Below are positions 47,269 through 50,108 of a stretch of DNA of 50,108 bases, piece after piece (position 1 is the first letter of the stretch; each line of letters begins with the position of its first letter). The notes under the pieces were generated by a model that worked only from the letters and a program-made list of their open reading frames with translations, was not told the DNA's origin and made no database searches. The DNA lies in NCBI GenBank assembly GCA_002430725.1, contig DJCU01000021.1, positions 1 through 50,108 on the forward strand, given 5' to 3'. The stretch comes from Candidatus Gottesmanbacteria bacterium UBA5942. GTDB lineage: Bacteria; Patescibacteriota; Microgenomatia; UBA10105; UBA927. Made by a program: the position numbers and the translations under genes.

Positions 47269-49536
47269 ATGACGGCAAATACTACCGGTAAGAAAAGTAT
47301 ACGCACTTGGGGAGTTGTGGTGCTGTTTATTGCTTTAGTGCTCGGGTTTTTTTATAAGACAGTTATATATCGGCAGCTACCAGTTCCTTCCGATACTTTG
47401 GTGGGGTTGTACCATCCATGGAGAGATTTGTACGCTGCGGAATATCCGCGTGGTGTACCGTTTAAAAATTTTCTTATTACTGATCCAATTCGCCAGCAAA
47501 TCCCATGGCGCAAAGTGGTTATCGATGCATGGTTAGCTGGAGATGTGCCTTCGCTTAATCCTTATTCGTTTGCAGGAGTGCCGCTCGATGCAAATATACA
47601 AGCAGCACCATTTTACCCATTTAATCTATTGTTTTTAGTGTTTAGTTTTCCTGTTTCCTGGACTATCCTTATCGTGCTTCAGCCGTTATTGTCTGGTATT
47701 TTTTTCTATTTATTTGTCAAAAAACAACATGTGAGTGATGCAGCTGCGATTGTAGGCGCGGTTGTGTGGGCGTTTAGCGGATTTGGAGTGTCATGGCTCA
47801 CTTGGGGGACAATAGTACATGTTTCCATGTGGTTGCCATTGTTGTTGCTTTCTGTAGACGAGCTGTATCACGCCAAAAAATCGATCCGACATTATTTGTT
47901 ATGGACTGCTTTGTTATCAACAGCGACAGTGATGACACTACTTGCAGGACATATACAAGTGGCACTTTATGTGTATGCGACCGCAATTGGATATGTCGTG
48001 TGGAAATATAGCATTACAAAACATGCATTGCCTCTGCGTTGGCTAATACTATCTGGGGTTATATCTGTAGTTGTAAGCGCGCCACAATGGGTACCACTTC
48101 TAAGATTTATTTATGACACTGGAAGAATTGCCGCAGCAGAATCGTGGAAAACAGTTGGATGGTTTTTACCTTGGCAGCACCTTGTGCAGTTTATTGCGCC
48201 TGATTTTTTTGGTAATCCTGCCACACTTAATTACTGGGGAGTATGGAATTATGGTGAATTTATAGGATATATCGGTGTTATTCCGCTCATCTTTGCACTG
48301 AGTGGTATGGCTACACCCGGGTTACCTCGATTTTTCGCGTATGTTGCGGGTATTAGCCTGCTGTGTATGCTTCCAAATCCTTTAAGTAAGTTCATATATG
48401 TTGTGCACACGCCTGTGCTATCGGTTATGCAACCCACCCGTCTTATGGTGTTAGTTGATTTTTCGTTAGCAATACTTGCAGCGTACTCTCTTGATAGATG
48501 GATAAAGGGCGAAAAAATATTGATAAAAATGAGCAGCATTGTGGTTGGTGTTATTGTTGCCACACTCTGGATAATTGTGCTGGGTGGACGGTTTATTATC
48601 ACTTCTTCCGAAGTGCTGGCAAATTTGGAAATAGCAAAAAGAAACTTAATTATTCCAACAATATTATTCCTTGCGTGCATAGGTGGGATGGGTGTTTATA
48701 GGGTTCTTCATCAAAAATTGTATAAATCGTTGTGGGTGGGAGCACTACTTGTGGTCATAGTTGCCGATCTTTTTCGATTTGGATGGAAATTTACCCCATT
48801 TACCTCTGAGAAATACTTTTTTCCTGAAACTCAGGTAATAACATTTCTTCAAAAACAACCAAAACCATTTCGTGTGATGAGTTTAGACGATCGTATACTC
48901 CCACCAAATGTAAGCGCCTACTATGGCATCGAAACCATCGAAGGGTACGATCCGTTAGCTCCGAAACGATACGAAGAGTTATTGGCAGCAAGTGAACGTG
49001 GTAATGCGGACACCAATACTCCATCTGGTTTCAACCGGATATATACAGCACACAACATTGATTCCTCAGTGTTGCCGTACATGAATGTGCGATATGTACT
49101 AGCGTTAGGAGAGGTAAAGCGTCCTTTTCTTCGTGAGGTGATGAAAGAAGGAGAGACATTTGTCTATGAATATACGCGCGAGTTACCGCGAGTATATTTA
49201 GCTGACTACGTAGAAGTGAAGCCCGAGAAAGAAACACTTGCTTCACTGTTTGCATCTCATGTTTCCTATCGTGGCATACATGACGGTTCAGTAAATATTT
49301 TAAATACGGTACTTACCGGTGATGAGTCTGCGGAAATAATTTCCTATGCCCCGAATGTTATGACAGTGCGTGTGAATGCTGAAAACAAACGGTTACTTGT
49401 CATACTTAATAGATATGATAAAAGATGGAAGGCTGAGATACGTGGCGCTGCTATGACAATAGTCCCTGTAAATTACTTGTTTATGGGGGTGGCAGTGCCT
49501 TCAGGAAATCATGATATTATACTGACATATCGTTAG
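47269..49536 (+). CDS. YfhO-family GT-C membrane protein (paralog of 43885-46197)
   Basis: DPIRQQIPW, NPYSFAG, GHIQ, PDFFGNP, EGYDP, GVAVPSGNH. Confidence 0.87.
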   Translation: MTANTTGKKSIRTWGVVVLFIALVLGFFYKTVIYRQLPVPSDTLVGLYHPWRDLYAAEYPRGVPFKNFLITDPIRQQIPWRKVVIDAWLAGDVPSLNPYSFAGVPLDANIQAAPFYPFNLLFLVFSFPVSWTILIVLQPLLSGIFFYLFVKKQHVSDAAAIVGAVVWAFSGFGVSWLTWGTIVHVSMWLPLLLLSVDELYHAKKSIRHYLLWTALLSTATVMTLLAGHIQVALYVYATAIGYVVWKYSITKHALPLRWLILSGVISVVVSAPQWVPLLRFIYDTGRIAAAESWKTVGWFLPWQHLVQFIAPDFFGNPATLNYWGVWNYGEFIGYIGVIPLIFALSGMATPGLPRFFAYVAGISLLCMLPNPLSKFIYVVHTPVLSVMQPTRLMVLVDFSLAILAAYSLDRWIKGEKILIKMSSIVVGVIVATLWIIVLGGRFIITSSEVLANLEIAKRNLIIPTILFLACIGGMGVYRVLHQKLYKSLWVGALLVVIVADLFRFGWKFTPFTSEKYFFPETQVITFLQKQPKPFRVMSLDDRILPPNVSAYYGIETIEGYDPLAPKRYEELLAASERGNADTNTPSGFNRIYTAHNIDSSVLPYMNVRYVLALGEVKRPFLREVMKEGETFVYEYTRELPRVYLADYVEVKPEKETLASLFASHVSYRGIHDGSVNILNTVLTGDESAEIISYAPNVMTVRVNAENKRLLVILNRYDKRWKAEIRGAAMTIVPVNYLFMGVAVPSGNHDIILTYR

Positions 49537-49553
49537 CGCAAAGCATATATCCT

Positions 49554-50089
49554 ATGAAAACCGAATTAACAGTGAGCATCGTTATACCAAATTGGAATGG
49601 TGGCCATTTACTCAAGAAAAATTTACCGGCAGTATTGGCAGCCGCACTTGACAGTCAAATTATAGTTGCTGATGACGCATCTACCGACAACTCTCTGTCG
49701 CTCATTCAAGAGAATTTTCCTGAAGTGGTAATCGTTTCCGGAAAAAAACAACGTGGATTTGCCAGTAACGTCAACGCTGGGGTTGAGCGTGCCACTGGCG
49801 ACATCGTTGTGTTATTAAATACCGATGTTCGCCCCGAAAAAGATTTTTTGAAATATATCGTTACAAGATTTAGTGACCCTGACGTTGCCGCAGTTGGGTG
49901 TCTAGAAAAAAGTCATGAAGCGGGTGGAATAGTTCTCCGAGGGCGTGGTATAGCACGGTGGGAAAAGGGATACTTTATCCATAAAAAGGGAGACGTTGAT
50001 AAAGAAGATACCGCATGGGTATCTGGTGGAAGCGCCGCGTACCGTAGATCAGTTTGGAATAAGCTGGGTGGGTTGGATAGTATATATAA
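49554..50089 (+). CDS. GT2 glycosyltransferase, 3'-partial (absent from the ORF track)
   Basis: MKTELTVSIVIPNWNG...ADDASTD...GFASNVNAG...LLNTD; open until the adapter. Confidence 0.88.
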
Positions 50090-50108
50090 CTGTCTCTTAT
50101 ACACATCT
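50090..50108 (+). other. Tn5 mosaic end / Nextera adapter (library artefact)
   Basis: Exact CTGTCTCTTATACACATCT at the end of the sequence. Confidence 0.97.

Noticed and set aside
49913-50104. Minus-strand 63-aa ORF starting MYKRQ
   Set aside because: Its start comes from the adapter and it is antisense to a real GT2 gene.
1-50108. rRNA, tRNA, CRISPR arrays, transposases, prophage, defence systems, alternative genetic code
   Set aside because: None was recognised. Intergenic gaps are short, and TGA terminates many genes with RF2 present.

Overview
Gene-dense bacterial chromosomal segment read in standard code 11: TGA is used as stop and RF2 is present. Gene content and style suggest a Patescibacteria/CPR (Microgenomates-like) genome, but that is inference. 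The left half holds housekeeping and envelope genes: secA, two DsbA-family proteins, a MacAB-like ABC system, CIRCE-controlled hsp20, ruvCAB, a Fur-family/ZIP/YibE-F metal locus, prfB, ftsEX plus an M23 peptidase, and tsaE/C/B. The right half (about 24.3-50.1 kb) is a large surface-glycan locus with rmlABD, ugd, a GMD/Rmd-like SDR, many GT2/GT4 enzymes, a Wzx flippase and seven GT-C-fold membrane glycosyltransferases. Main highlights: (1) two apparently natural circular permutations in exported enzymes, a DsbA (9445-10215) and the FtsEX-linked M23 peptidase (18709-19845), each keeping its catalytic residues; (2) pervasive leaderless-type promoters; (3) paired operators linking YibE/F to a Fur-family regulon; (4) a possible PHPT1/Janus-like protein; (5) a hairpin inserted between a Shine-Dalgarno (SD) site and its start codon. 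The last 19 nt are a Tn5/Nextera adapter artefact. No rRNA, tRNA, CRISPR array or transposase was recognised. All family calls come from motif recognition by eye, not from database searches.
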